Source: Gonapodya sp. JEL0774 (Eukaryota). Taken from it: a stretch of DNA of 45,967 bases. The notes under the pieces were generated by a model. That model ran no database searches, was not told where the DNA came from, and saw only the letters and a list, made by a program, of their open reading frames with translations. The position numbers and the translations under genes are program-made. Below, piece after piece: positions 1 through 11,461 of the stretch; position 1 is the first letter of the stretch, and each line of letters starts with the position of its first letter. Location of the stretch: contig JADIIX010000157.1 of NCBI GenBank assembly GCA_027604505.1, forward strand, positions 1 to 45,967. The letters are read 5' to 3'.

Positions 1-955
1 GGTGCAAGCGAGCAGCCTCCCCGTGGCGCACCCTGGAAACGTTCTGGTTCCCAAGACCAGAACGGCTAATGCTCGCCTAGCTTCCTCCGAACAACATTCT
101 CAACAAACCATGGAAATCAATAGAGAATGTAAAGTTCCGCTGTTCGTTTACGTGAGTTGCTCTCAAATGCCGGTCTCCCATTCCTCACAGTCGAACTTGG
201 AAGTCACGTTGCCGTCTACTCCAATTTCTCTCACGCAAACAGTGTGAATCATAATTAGCTCAGCAGATTTAGTGCAGTTGCCGAAGGTGAGTTGAATACC
301 GTTGTGGTGGTGGCTGTGGTGCGATACAACTGGCGGTCGGAACCGAGTCTTCGTATATTCTCTTGAGTATAGAGTGATTGCGTCGGGGGATTGAACAATG
401 GGTACTGGGGAGGGTTGTGATCTGCGGCGTTGTCATTATTGAAGGGACGTGGGTTAATTGTCCTGTGATTCGATCCCGTTCATCTCAGTTTGCACTTAAT
501 TTGACATAATTGTTGTATTGAGAGGTCGTAATATATAGTTTTCATGTAATCGCGCTTGTTTAGCACCCCAAATGGGACGGAGAACAGCAACATTCATTCG
601 GTGTTCGCAAACTGTTGCTTGCCAATCATAGCCAAAAACCAAGAAGTTTATCTCCAAGAGTTGCATGTTGCAGTTCTTTGAACGTCATCAAGTGCCCGTT
701 TAAAACACCGGCTCCAGCGTTTCATGGTGTTCAATGCCTCTGAACGTCTGTCACACGCTTTAAACGCTGTTCAGAGTTCTTTATTAGCGTTTACATGAGG
801 GGAGGGGGCTGTTCAATGCCGCGTTCAGAAGTTTAATGGCGTGTAATGGCATTTATTGCCGTTTATTGCCGTCTTTTACTTTCCCGATAGTTCAATCTTC
901 AATTGGTAGCTTCTAGAACGCATCCCCTCTGGGATAAACTGAGATTACTTATGAT

Positions 956-3192
956 TTACATATGCCTAACTCTCTTTTCAGCTGGGTCTTGAGCATCTTT
1001 GTTCCCCACTTCATGCCCCTGTTTGTCTGTTCCACCTTCACTCTCATCTCGCTTCCGTTTCTCCGGGACAGTCGGAACCGCCGCGGCAGTTTGCCCACTA
1101 GTGCCACGAGTGGTGTCCTTTTCTGGGCTAGGAGTGGAAGTCTGAGGAAACATACAGAATCAGATTAATTACAGGAACTTCTTACTCATCAGAAACTCAC
1201 ACTTGGTTTGCTTTCTTGGCTTGGGCTTGATGGTGGTGTCTCAACAGTTCGATCTGGGAACAGTTCCATTACTTGCGGGTATCGATGGAAGTGAAAACGG
1301 TCTGAGAAAGTGAGTATAACATTAACACAACATAGTAACACTATCATAGATTGAGGCACTTACTGATATCGGCGTAGTTCACACACTGGTCATTAGTCAA
1401 AAACGCAATGAGTTTCCTCATTGGAATGCTCCCAGTAAACGCATCAGAAACGTAGGAAGCCTTAGCCCTGTGAAAGCATATATGCAATTATCTATCAGAG
1501 TGATTGTTATTGCTTGAAACTGTTACAGTTACCATTTCACTGGAACGAGCTCCTCGACTGGTTTTCCTCCCACCATCACCGTTCGAGATAATCTCACACC
1601 AAATGCGAGCCAATCAACAGTCTCTAAGGGCGCCTGTGGAGTAGTCGGCTGAGTAATAGCACCCTGGGTGCTGAGGTAGCCCATGAACCGACTGAAATCT
1701 CGTTGAGCCTACTCATCAGTGTCCTGACTTTAGAGAGCGGTCATTTTTTGTACCACCCAATTTTGATCACTTACCAGGACATCTTTGAAGGTTGTTAAGC
1801 ACAAGTAATCCCCCTCCAAAAGAAGAAGAAATTCCTGCGCCTGGTCTCTCGGGTCGCAGTACCGTACCACGGCTCTTCGAACACCATCTGTATTAGTCGA
1901 TCTTTTGCCCTTCACGACGAACGGTCCAATTTGCAAAAAGCTACGTAAAAAGCACTTATCAGTCTTAGTTAAGCGCATTGATCCAGAAACACGAACGGTT
2001 GAACTGACATATGGTCCCGAGTGTGTTGGATGATGCGCTCAAGCGGACCCTTCATACGACAGAAACGCAAAAAGCACCGAAGACTAAAAAAGCAAAAATG
2101 GCTCTTTACCGAGTGGCATAACCCCATCTGCAGGCAAGTTTGTTACTCACGCGCGCAGGGTCTCGTCAATCTCTGGCAGCGACGGGATTGCAAACCGTCC
2201 ATAGCTCGAACTAATTCATTTGAGTAAGAATATGTGATGAAAAAACTTCTTTACAAGACAACTTGTTCAATATTCACCTCGTGTGACCCGTGGCCGAACC
2301 CGTGTCGGCAAGTTGGAACTTTTGGTGATGCGCGCGGGCGAAGCTGGCAAGAGTGATGGTCAAGTTAAGCAGCTGCATCTCATACTTGTCGATGGAAACG
2401 TACCTTCCAGTGGTTTCGCTTAGCTCGACTGCTTGGGCGTTTGCATCCTCTTCTGTCATGTCAAGTAAGAAACCGCCATTCCCGTACCACCGTCCCACGC
2501 CAGCGCTCAGAAGGGATTGGACCACTTGAAACGACAGTCCATCCATAATAATACGATGTCCATGATGGGTTCCAATGCTGACCCCTAGAACCTCCTCAGC
2601 GTTGGGTAACGGAACGGTGGTGAGGAAATTGGCAGGTGCACTTTCCCTGCACCAGACCAGTCAAACTAATAATAATTTATTCTTCGATCGTCCGAGCAGT
2701 TCCTCACCTCGCTTCTTCCATCAACTCCCATAACTCATCTGCTGTCCGAAACTCCTGTAGCGGTACTAACTGGCAGCTTCGAATGTACTCAATGTATGGG
2801 AAGACGTGAAAGTCCCTTCTCGGGTGCGGAAGTGCACTGGGGCGGAAGGAGCAACCAACGGGTGACGTCAGGTCGGAGTTTTTGGATGCATCGTTGCCCA
2901 ACGTTACACACATGCCCGAAAATCCGTCTCCAGACACGCTCACAAAGTCGGGGTATCTGCGCAAGTATGCCGAATGGTCGTTGAAAGGAACAGTCCTGCA
3001 TGAGATGTAACGGGGAAGTGACTGAGGCAATGGAGGGAACGGACTATCATGGTCTTTGAGCTCACGACATTGCACTGTGTTCTCGTCGTCTCGAAAGGGG
3101 TTCTGCAGCAAATTTGGAGCGAAGTTTGGGAATCGACGAATGCTCAGCACAACACCACCACGTCTTTTGTTTGCTGCAACGGCGCCGCCCAC
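956..3192 (-). pseudogene. Multi-exon gene of unknown function, probably pseudogenised
   Basis: ORFs 2704-3192, 2274-2546, 1730-1978 and 956-1153 can be linked through GT..AG introns (donors near 2707, 2278, 1531, 1363 and 1202). One apparent exon has two in-frame stops (TAA 1730-1732, TAG 1709-1711) but continues as protein-like sequence (AQRDFSRFMGYLSTQG...VPVKW) to a splice donor. No family recognised. Confidence 0.4.
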
Positions 3193-3252
3193 TCACAGTC
3201 TTTTGTTAACGCAAACGCCGCATTGATGACGTATGTATTGAAAATCAAGCAT

Positions 3253-3488
3253 AAACAAAGAGTTGCGTAGTATCACAATTATTTCATCCAAAAAATGGAT
3301 TCCAGTCGGTGTCATGGCGCTTGCAGCGTTTTCAAGTACGGACGCAGAGGGTTCGGGAGTTGAGTACGACGTGCTGAAACAAAGATTTGGGTAGTATCAC
3401 AATCATTTCTTCCAAAAAATGGATTCCAGTCGGTGTCATGGCGCTTGCAGCGTTTTAAAGCGCCGAGGCAGAGGTTCGGGAGTTGAGT
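3253..3488. repeat. Two-copy direct repeat (~112 bp unit, 124 bp period) with a downstream inverted copy of its end
   Basis: AAACAAAGA..GTAGTATCACAA..TCCAAAAAATGGATTCCAGTCGGTGTCATGGCGCTTGCAGCGTTTT..GGTTCGGGAGTTGAGT occurs at 3253-3365 and 3377-3488. TCAACTCCCGAACC at 3529-3542 is the reverse complement of the unit end. Confidence 0.9.
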
Positions 3489-3982
3489 GGGGCGTAGGAC
3501 CACCGTGACACAGGAGCTCTCCCCCTATTCAACTCCCGAACCGATGCCTCTGTACAGTGCAGTGATGCTATCCATCAACTGATGCCACACTGCACTCCAT
3601 AGATATGCTTCCAGATTCCAGCCGCGGTCTCATCATTCTACCTCTTGTTCCCAAGTGGAGTTCTCAATATATATTGCATTCGAAAAACATTATGGCGTTT
3701 TTTCGACGGTTCAAGTACCATGCTTATGGTACAGCTCACCACGTGCATCCCACAATCAGGTTTGTGCAAGTTTTTGTTACGGACTGTGGACTGTGTTGAG
3801 AGGCCACATAATTATGTCCCCATCTGCAATTCTGCAATCCCCGCGTTTTGGACATTTCATCTCAATCACGTTCATTCCTGATCGCTTATCGCGTCTTGTC
3901 CATCCATCCATCATTCATCGCCCTTTCATCGCCGTTTCCTGCCAATACACAGTCGAAAGTCTCGCCCATTGCGCGTTCACAA

Positions 3983-6564
3983 ATGCCCATGCTTTCCTTC
4001 CCATCGGTCTCGTTCTTTCTCATCGCCGCTTGCTCTTTCCTCGCCTTCTGTTCCTCGGCGCAAAACTCAACTTTCAACGCGTCCATCTCCACCGGCCTGC
4101 GAAATGAAACTGGAAGCTTCGCCTGCTCGCCTGTCTCCATCCAGTTCAACCTTCTCAACCTGACCGCAATCAGGAACGACACCACCTCGTCATGGACCAA
4201 CACCAACTCAACAAACGTCACAATCTCAAACGAAACAGTCTCTCGTGTCTCTGATGATTCGACCTTCTCCTTCACCTTCTCGGATCTCGTGTGGTCCGTC
4301 TCGTATGGCAACGCGTCGCTCTCCATAATGAACCCGATCACGAACGAATCGAGCCCCATTATGAGTGGAAGCGCTCTAAACGCCTCCAACGCGACATCCG
4401 TGAAGGCTCCATCTGCTACATCCGTCACTGTCCCGTTGAGTAACGCCACCCTTACCCTCGGATCAAACACCACGTCCACCACTCCCACAAGCACAATCAC
4501 CACCCTCAGCCTCGGATCCAACACCACTTCCACCACTCCTTTGAACGCAACTACCACCACCGATCCCGTTCCGACCAAAGCCCTCCACATCACTCTTTCC
4601 CCACTCGGAAACCTCACCATCACTTCCACAAACGCCTCACTCTTCACCCTCCTCCGCGCCACCTTGTTCCTCCAAGGCCGCGTCCAGATCCTCGGCCTCC
4701 GAAACGGGTCCACGGTCGCCACCGTGTCGATCGGTGCTGATCCGACGGTGCCCGTGTGGTTCCCAAACGACACGTTTACAAACGTAACCACTACGACAAA
4801 CGTGTCTGCCACAGCGACGTCGACAGCAAGTGCAAACACCACAGCACCGCCGTCTACCATCTCCAATTCCACCTCCAACCGCACCTCTACAACGTCCCTC
4901 CCACCTTCATCACCCTCAACCTCCCCCATCTCGGTCCCTACAAACTCGGTCGACACAACCACCTCCACGTCCACCTTCACATCCACCCCATCCCCATTCC
5001 TATCCCCAGCATGGTCCACCTACACTTTCACCTTCGCCTTGCCCCCCGTGGACACCGTTGTCTTTTTACCCGACGGGACCGAGTCCAACTCGACCTCGAC
5101 AACTGTGACGACCATGAACACGACGAATACCACCATAGAGATATACGGACTGGAGGTGTGCTGGTGTGACGCGGGGTGCGATGGGACATGGAACGGGACA
5201 CGGGGGAGCAACGTGAGCAATGGGACCAACGGGACCAACGCCACCGTTCGCGCGACGGCGACAGCGACCGCGTCGGGTGGATTGAACGCGACTGCCACCG
5301 CGAGTTCGTCCCCCAGAACATCCACGTCCCCGACAACCGATTCCCCCGCCGCAAACGCAACAGCGACCACCACCTCCAACAACGCCACCTTTGCGACCAC
5401 CACCGTTCTCCCTGTAAGTTGTGATAAAGGCGTTTTGTTTCGGGCCGTGTTCCAGAGGTGCAGTGATGACCCCTGACCGATCCGGTGTTGCTCCCGTGAT
5501 TCGCCCCGACAGGCCATTTCCACCAGCGTAAGTGACTTTGAATTCGAGCGTTTGACCGCCTCAATCATCTCGGACACAGATAGACTCACATTGAATCGTG
5601 TTCCCACACAGAACGCGTCGCTGGCTACCACCACCATCGTCGTCTCGACGCCCACGGGTTCGGCGAGGGACGTGAACGCCACGAGCACGGCGGTGAACGT
5701 GAGTGAGGGAGCGACGATTCAACGATCCGATTGATGGATCGTCCCGGTCGAGACTGTGTGCTCCTGTGGCTCACCTTGATTTGTTCTTGTGACTTGGGAA
5801 CCCGTAGATCACCTCGACACTGATTGCGGATAGGCCGGCGACAACAATGGTGAGGAATATGAGCGACGAGGAGATCTTCTCTCATGCCGAGCGAGCTCAC
5901 CAAGCTCACCGCACGTCCACAGCTCTCCACCGCAATGGCCAACCAAAGTCTCACCACGACGATCCCACTTGCGAGTACCAGTATCTCGATTGGAGGGAAC
6001 CAGACGGGCACCACTCTGTCCACCGGGAACACGACCGAAACAGGCACCTGGTCCACCGGCAGTCTTCCGTCCAACACGCAGTCCGCGCTTTCGAGCACAA
6101 CCAACTCCAGCGCCACGGCCACCACGGCACAGGCGGGCAACTTTACGGTCACGGTCTCACCTGCGGCCACGTCCTTGGCGACTATCGGGCTCGGGTTCGT
6201 GGACACCACCACGGCAGGGGTGGCCAACACCACTGCTCGGAACGGCGTTGCGGAGAGACCGACGGCTTCTTCTTCTCCTTCTCCCACGACGTCGGGTTCC
6301 GACCGAACCTCCACCACGACGGACACAGACCCGAATCCGTCCACCCCGCGCGACGTGCCCGTCTCTTCCACGCTCGCAACACAAGGGTCAGGTTCCGGCG
6401 CAGTCGTGGGCTCGTCGTCGAATCTGTCGGTGGACCCTATGGCGCTCGGATTGGCGGCAGGTGGTGGGGTGAGTTTTGGTGTGGATGTCACTCTGGCGGG
6501 TGGTTGTGGTTGTGGTTGCGGTTGCGGTTGCGAACGGGGGCGGGCGATCGCTCGATTTGATTGA
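3983..6564 (+). CDS. Secreted Ser/Thr/Asn-rich mucin-like glycoprotein
   Basis: Signal peptide MPMLSFPSVSFFLIAACSFLAFCSSA, extreme S/T content and dozens of N-x-S/T sequons. In-frame exons about 3983-5413, 5513-5527, 5612-5698, 5808-5849 and 5923-6564 with GT..AG introns. C-terminal GCGCGCGCGC. Confidence 0.75.
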
Positions 6565-7105
6565 TTGATCGCGATCTTATCTTTGTGTCAATTTAGGCCA
6601 TCGTTCTTGTCGCGGTTGGAGTGATCGCGGGTGCGTATGTGCGGCACACAAATAATGTTGCAAGGAGGCAGACCAGGAACCAAGCACTTGTGGTGTGATG
6701 TTCATCGAGCCCAGGAACAAAGGGGGGCCAGAGGGGCAGAGATCACATTTGAAGAGAATTTTACTCACTTAATTCACTGCGCTAGAGACCAGTAGAGTTT
6801 TCTGATTTGGGGGTACTGAGAAGTGGTTGCAGCACATCTTGCATTGGCATACCTAAAATACATCTGACAGCAAATACATACTACATATACAGACGCGAAC
6901 CTAAGGGTTAGTAGGGAAGAACGATGGGAACGAGGCCAACCCCGAGTAAAAGGGATGGAAATTGTGCACGAATGGTGACAACCTGTTGAGAAAACTCTCA
7001 TTTGGGCGGTGCGAATAAATATGAATTATTCCATCATGCACCTCTACGAGTTTTCCAAACAGTGCCGCAAAATATGTACATAATACAAAGAACAGGGTCC
7101 TAATA

Positions 7106-9670
7106 TCACCTTTGATACATGAGATGACCACTCCCACCTGCTAGAGACTTCATTCCAAACGGCACCGCCAAAATTTCATCCAACAAACTATCGCGGTGGT
7201 TTCCGTGCTGATTGTCCGACTGAACAGGCCAATGGCCCGCGATCATGCCCGGGGAAATGTTCCCCGACGATATCGGAATAGTGTTACTCTTAGAATCAAG
7301 ACGAGGAGTCCACAAGTTTACGCCGCTTATGGTTTGCATAGAGAGATTGGAAGGTGCTGACATGGTGTCAGATCCAGGCAACTGTGACCCGAGGGAGAGA
7401 GAGTTTCGGTGCGAGACAACGATACCTGGGGCGGATTGAGGTTGGGGAGACGGGGTGTTGTTGATATGGATGTGCACAGGGTTCGGCGGAGTGTACTGAA
7501 TGCCTTGGCTCCCAACATTTGATGATGCGATGATGAAGTTGGATCCTCCGCTAGGTACATTCACTCGCTGAGGAACAGCTCCGACATGTTGAGTGGACAC
7601 TGGCATCATCGTCTGCAGTACAACTCTGGTGCCACCTTGCTGCACGACTGATGGAACAGAGGAAACGATGTACTGTTCCGCGTTTGAAGTGCTTGAAGAT
7701 GTCCGTCGGCTCGGAACCGCGGTTGCAGTACTGTTCCAGGAAGGGTGAAGTGTCGATTGATAGGGGCTGTTGGTTACAACCCACGAAGGCGCGGTTTGGT
7801 ATCCAGCGGTCACAGAAAGTTGTGGTAGGGTGAACTCAGCCTTGGATGGTATCGCAGCGAACTGCGCGGACGGTAGCTGAGACTGCGAGTACTGTGCCTG
7901 GCCGAACCGAGCTTGCAAGTACTGGGGAGTATGTGCTGGCTGAGGTACGGTGACAACTGCACAGACCGGTGCGGGATCTTGTGTCCATGGTGCGACTTGG
8001 TAGTGTGGTACGGCAACACTTGGTCTGCTGGAAAACTGAGTTGTACGCACTCGTTGGCTGCTTCGCGGGTCATTGTTAACATTGACAGTGAGTTGGGGGA
8101 ACGGACTTGAAGGGGAGTGGTGACCTGCATGGTGTGTGACCGAACGATCAGGAAGACCTGCGGAAGAATTGCTCATTTGCCTGCAGCTTACCGGATCCAG
8201 AAAGTACGGGCGAAGGATAATATGATCGCACATCCGTTTGCGTAGCGGGAGGGCCACCCCACAACACTTCATCCTGAATCGGAACAAACAAACGTCAGCA
8301 ATCGACGAAGTGGAGAAAACAACACATGGTGTTATCGAGCTCATATACAAACTTGAATGTCACTTGTCTGTTGCTGTGAGCGAGATTGGTCCTCGTCAAG
8401 GCTAAAGTCCGTAATCTCAAGTGTTACCTGGTCCCCGAAACGGATCGAGTTTGCATCTCTCCGGACATTGTCCAGAGACGACGAGTGAACGAAGGACGAG
8501 TCTGTTTCCTGTTGTTCCGACTGTGACTCGTTCATTTTCCGCTTTTTCGAAACAGTAGTGCCCTTGCCCATCCGAACTTGATACTCCTCTGGTGGGGAGA
8601 CAGATTGAAGTGCTGCCACGGCGTGTGTTGGCGTCCGGATAGCGCCACTTGCAAGATCGGAAAGCGAATAGTACGAGACAAGGTGGTAGATGACGTCGTT
8701 CAGTGAGATGGAAATAGTCTTTTTGATGAGGCCGTCCGGCTGCGGGAAAGGTGGATGCAAACAACCAAAGATCAACATCAATCAGAGCACAACACGGATA
8801 CTAAAGTTCTAAGCTACAAAGACTGATTACTGACCTTGTATAGAAAGGTATTGGCGCTTGCCCCTAGAAATGGCAACGGCATGTGCATTTCAGTGAGGGT
8901 TGCAAGGTCCACACCGGTGGCCCGTAGGCTCTTCTTTCTCCGCATCGCTCCGTCCGACAAATCAAAAAGGCCTTCCTCGGTAGTTTCTACTTGCGAGTGC
9001 GGCGACGGCAAGGACAACGGCAGCGTGGGGGGTGCAACAGGACTTCCCGAGTCGGCGCTTGATGGTGCTTCTCCTTCGCTCAAGTCCTCGGCGTAGTCCT
9101 TGGGTTCATGGTTTCTCAGGTTACGTTTCGGGTACATCGATGCTTGCTCGGGTGACATTGTATGTGGTGCCTCGGTTGAACCCGCTTCAGCCGGGTCCAC
9201 CACGTCGCGCGCTTGATCTCCAGGTGGGGGTCTTCGACGATCTTCACGGTGTGGGGTCACGGATACGGATATCGGGTGCTTCCGTTGAAGTTCACGGTAG
9301 ATGAGGAATTGGCCGAGGACCCGTGATGGTGACCAGGTACGACCGTCAGTCCACCGTTTGATGTTGGATTCCTATCGAGAGTCACGTGATTACCACGAAT
9401 TCTCAGTCCCACAAGTGGGCCAAGATAACTCACTTCTTCATTAAAAACAAACACTGATCCACTGCGGATGCCAACTCTCTGCGTCTCCGTCAGGCGAGAG
9501 GTGACTCGATTCAATAATCCGTCGCGGCATCCCTGCAAGACCAATAGACAGTCCTCCACAGTGTCCACAAAACCATAAAGAGTCTCGAGCTCTTCAATAT
9601 CAATGTCTGGGTAGACACAATTGTCCTCGTCGTCGACGGCCTTGCGCTTTCGTGCACTCGGGATGCGCAT
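7106..9670 (-). CDS. Gti1/Pac2 (WOPR-domain, Wor1/Ryp1-like) transcription factor
   Basis: Spliced WOPRa reads ETLYGFVDTVEDCLLVLQGCRDGLL...IRSGSVFVFNEE|ESNIKRWTDGRTWSPSRVLGQFLIYREL. WOPRb reads PDGLIKKTISISLNDVIYHLVSYY. Exons about 9670-9434, 9371-8835 and 8739-8353, then a Q/S/P-rich tail. The 3' end is uncertain and may splice on to about 6901. Confidence 0.9.
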
Positions 9671-10533
9671 GCCTGCAGGAAAATAGTGCTACCACAAGTG
9701 AAGAAAAAGGGTAAGACAATGATATAAAGAAGCGAAATGTGGGGGTGATTTAAGTTTCTTTGACGGAAACCCCATTCTTGATGGCGGTGAAAGTAGGCGT
9801 GAGGAAAGGTTGTCACTTTACTCCCTGACCGGCGGATTATCGTCACCATGCCACTTGCCAACCATTCATAAAATATTCACTAATATCATTGATTCCATAC
9901 CCCACGGCCAGAAAATCGCTCCGTTGCGATGATTCAGTGTCGGATGCTCCCTATACATGCACGCAAAACTTGCCCGGATATCCGAGCTCCGGTAAGCAGC
10001 TTCCAAATGATCAAGCAAGCTTCGTATCGTCCTGCTTCCCGCAGTTGATACTCTCCGACAGAGAAATTGCTGGGACACTTGTAACATCGGAGAAGCCCGT
10101 TGGTGGATCAGCCTGCGACCCCATCGGTAATCCACAGAGAAGAAGTCCAGGCGCAGTAGCCCAGTCCGAAGTTGATCGTCGTTGAAACCGAGGAAGTAGC
10201 CTTTTCTCTGTCTCAGCTACTCACGTTGAGAGTTTGTGTTCTGTCGAGAATAAGGTCCGGCCTGGATCCGTTTGTGCCTCACGTCGATATGAAATTTTGC
10301 CTTTGCCATTCCAACATCCACAAAGCCAGAAACTAACAAAGGCACGAATAATATTTCTGACTGCTATGAAGGAGAAAGTCGCCAAATTCCGTTTTTCTCT
10401 CTCGTACTTAGGGATTGGGGACCAATCAACTTTGTCTCCGAATTCATTGCGTCATTGAGGGGTTGCGCCTCTTCATGTGGGGCACTCACCCGTCCCAATC
10501 CTCAGTTTCCAGTCACCACAAATGTTATATGTA

Positions 10534-11218
10534 CAGTCGGATTCCGCTAGCTGCAGGCCCTTGGGAGAGAGAAACTGCCTGCAGATACAGCGAAGCTGCA
10601 GGTGGCAAATGTGATCCAGCTGTCAAAAAAAAATGCTTTATACTCTACACCATTGAATTAAAATTTTTAGATGTATTTGGGCCACTTACAGGTGAACAGA
10701 ACAAATTGTGTGTTGAGATGATGTTTCATGGGTTAGGCCGACGGCATAGTTCCAGGTACGAGCAATAGATGGCTTGGAAAAGTCACATAGAAGGCTGGTA
10801 TTAACACAATCAAGACATGTGCAATTGCAAAAGATGTACGCAAGGTTGAGTGGCGGTTCCAACAGGTTTGGTTGTGCGGGAGGTCGGGCGGGTGGAACCG
10901 TGCGGCTTGGTTAGAAATACCACTCACGGCACCGGAAATGTGGAACACTGGAGGTCTGCTTCATAGTTTAAGTCTGAGATCAGATTTACTTACTTTCTAC
11001 CAGCCATAACATGCGGAATTACCCAATAAAAGGCTCCCATGTCGCTCTGGCAGACTCCCACTGACTGCAAGTCCCCCTTCTAAACCTTGAGTGGGCCTGC
11101 AAATGGCAGATGCAGGTAAAAGCTGCAGATGCCTATTCAACCATGTCGGAAGAACAGAGGTGGCTGCAGTTATGGCGAAGCTGCAGATATTGGGCCTGCA
11201 GCTAGCGGAATCTGACTG
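10534..11218. mobile_element. Non-autonomous Tc1/mariner/pogo-type element (MITE), 685 bp
   Basis: 27-bp terminal inverted repeats CAGTCGGATTCCGCTAGCTGCAGGCCC (10534-10560) and GGGCCTGCAGCTAGCGGAATCTGACTG (11192-11218), one mismatch. TA on both flanks (10532-10533, 11219-11220). Subterminal GCGAAGCTGCAG/CTGCAGAT motifs recur. No transposase ORF. Confidence 0.9.
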
Positions 11219-11461
11219 TAGAACAATATCTTATATATCGTCATATTCGACTCCTCCATCTTGACCAGCGTAGTAAAGAAGGATCATCTAATTGGCATTC
11301 GGGTCGGTTCAACATTGGCAACGAGTGCAATGCTCTTTGGTCAGTGGAATGTCCTTGGTCATTCTCAAGCAGAGAGACGGCGGCGGCAATGCAAGAGAGT
11401 TACATATTAATTTTTTCGAATTGTTACAACGGCATACCACGTGGTCACACTAAAATTTTAC

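Noticed and set aside
1..460. Short ORFs at window start
   Set aside because: No recognisable motif or consistent splice pattern.
3253..3488. Direct repeats as a CRISPR array
   Set aside because: Only two long units, no repeat-spacer pattern, no cas genes, eukaryotic context.
3886..6491. Long - strand ORFs (377, 222 and 288 aa)
   Set aside because: Val/Glu/Gly-rich antisense shadows of the Thr/Ser-rich + strand gene.
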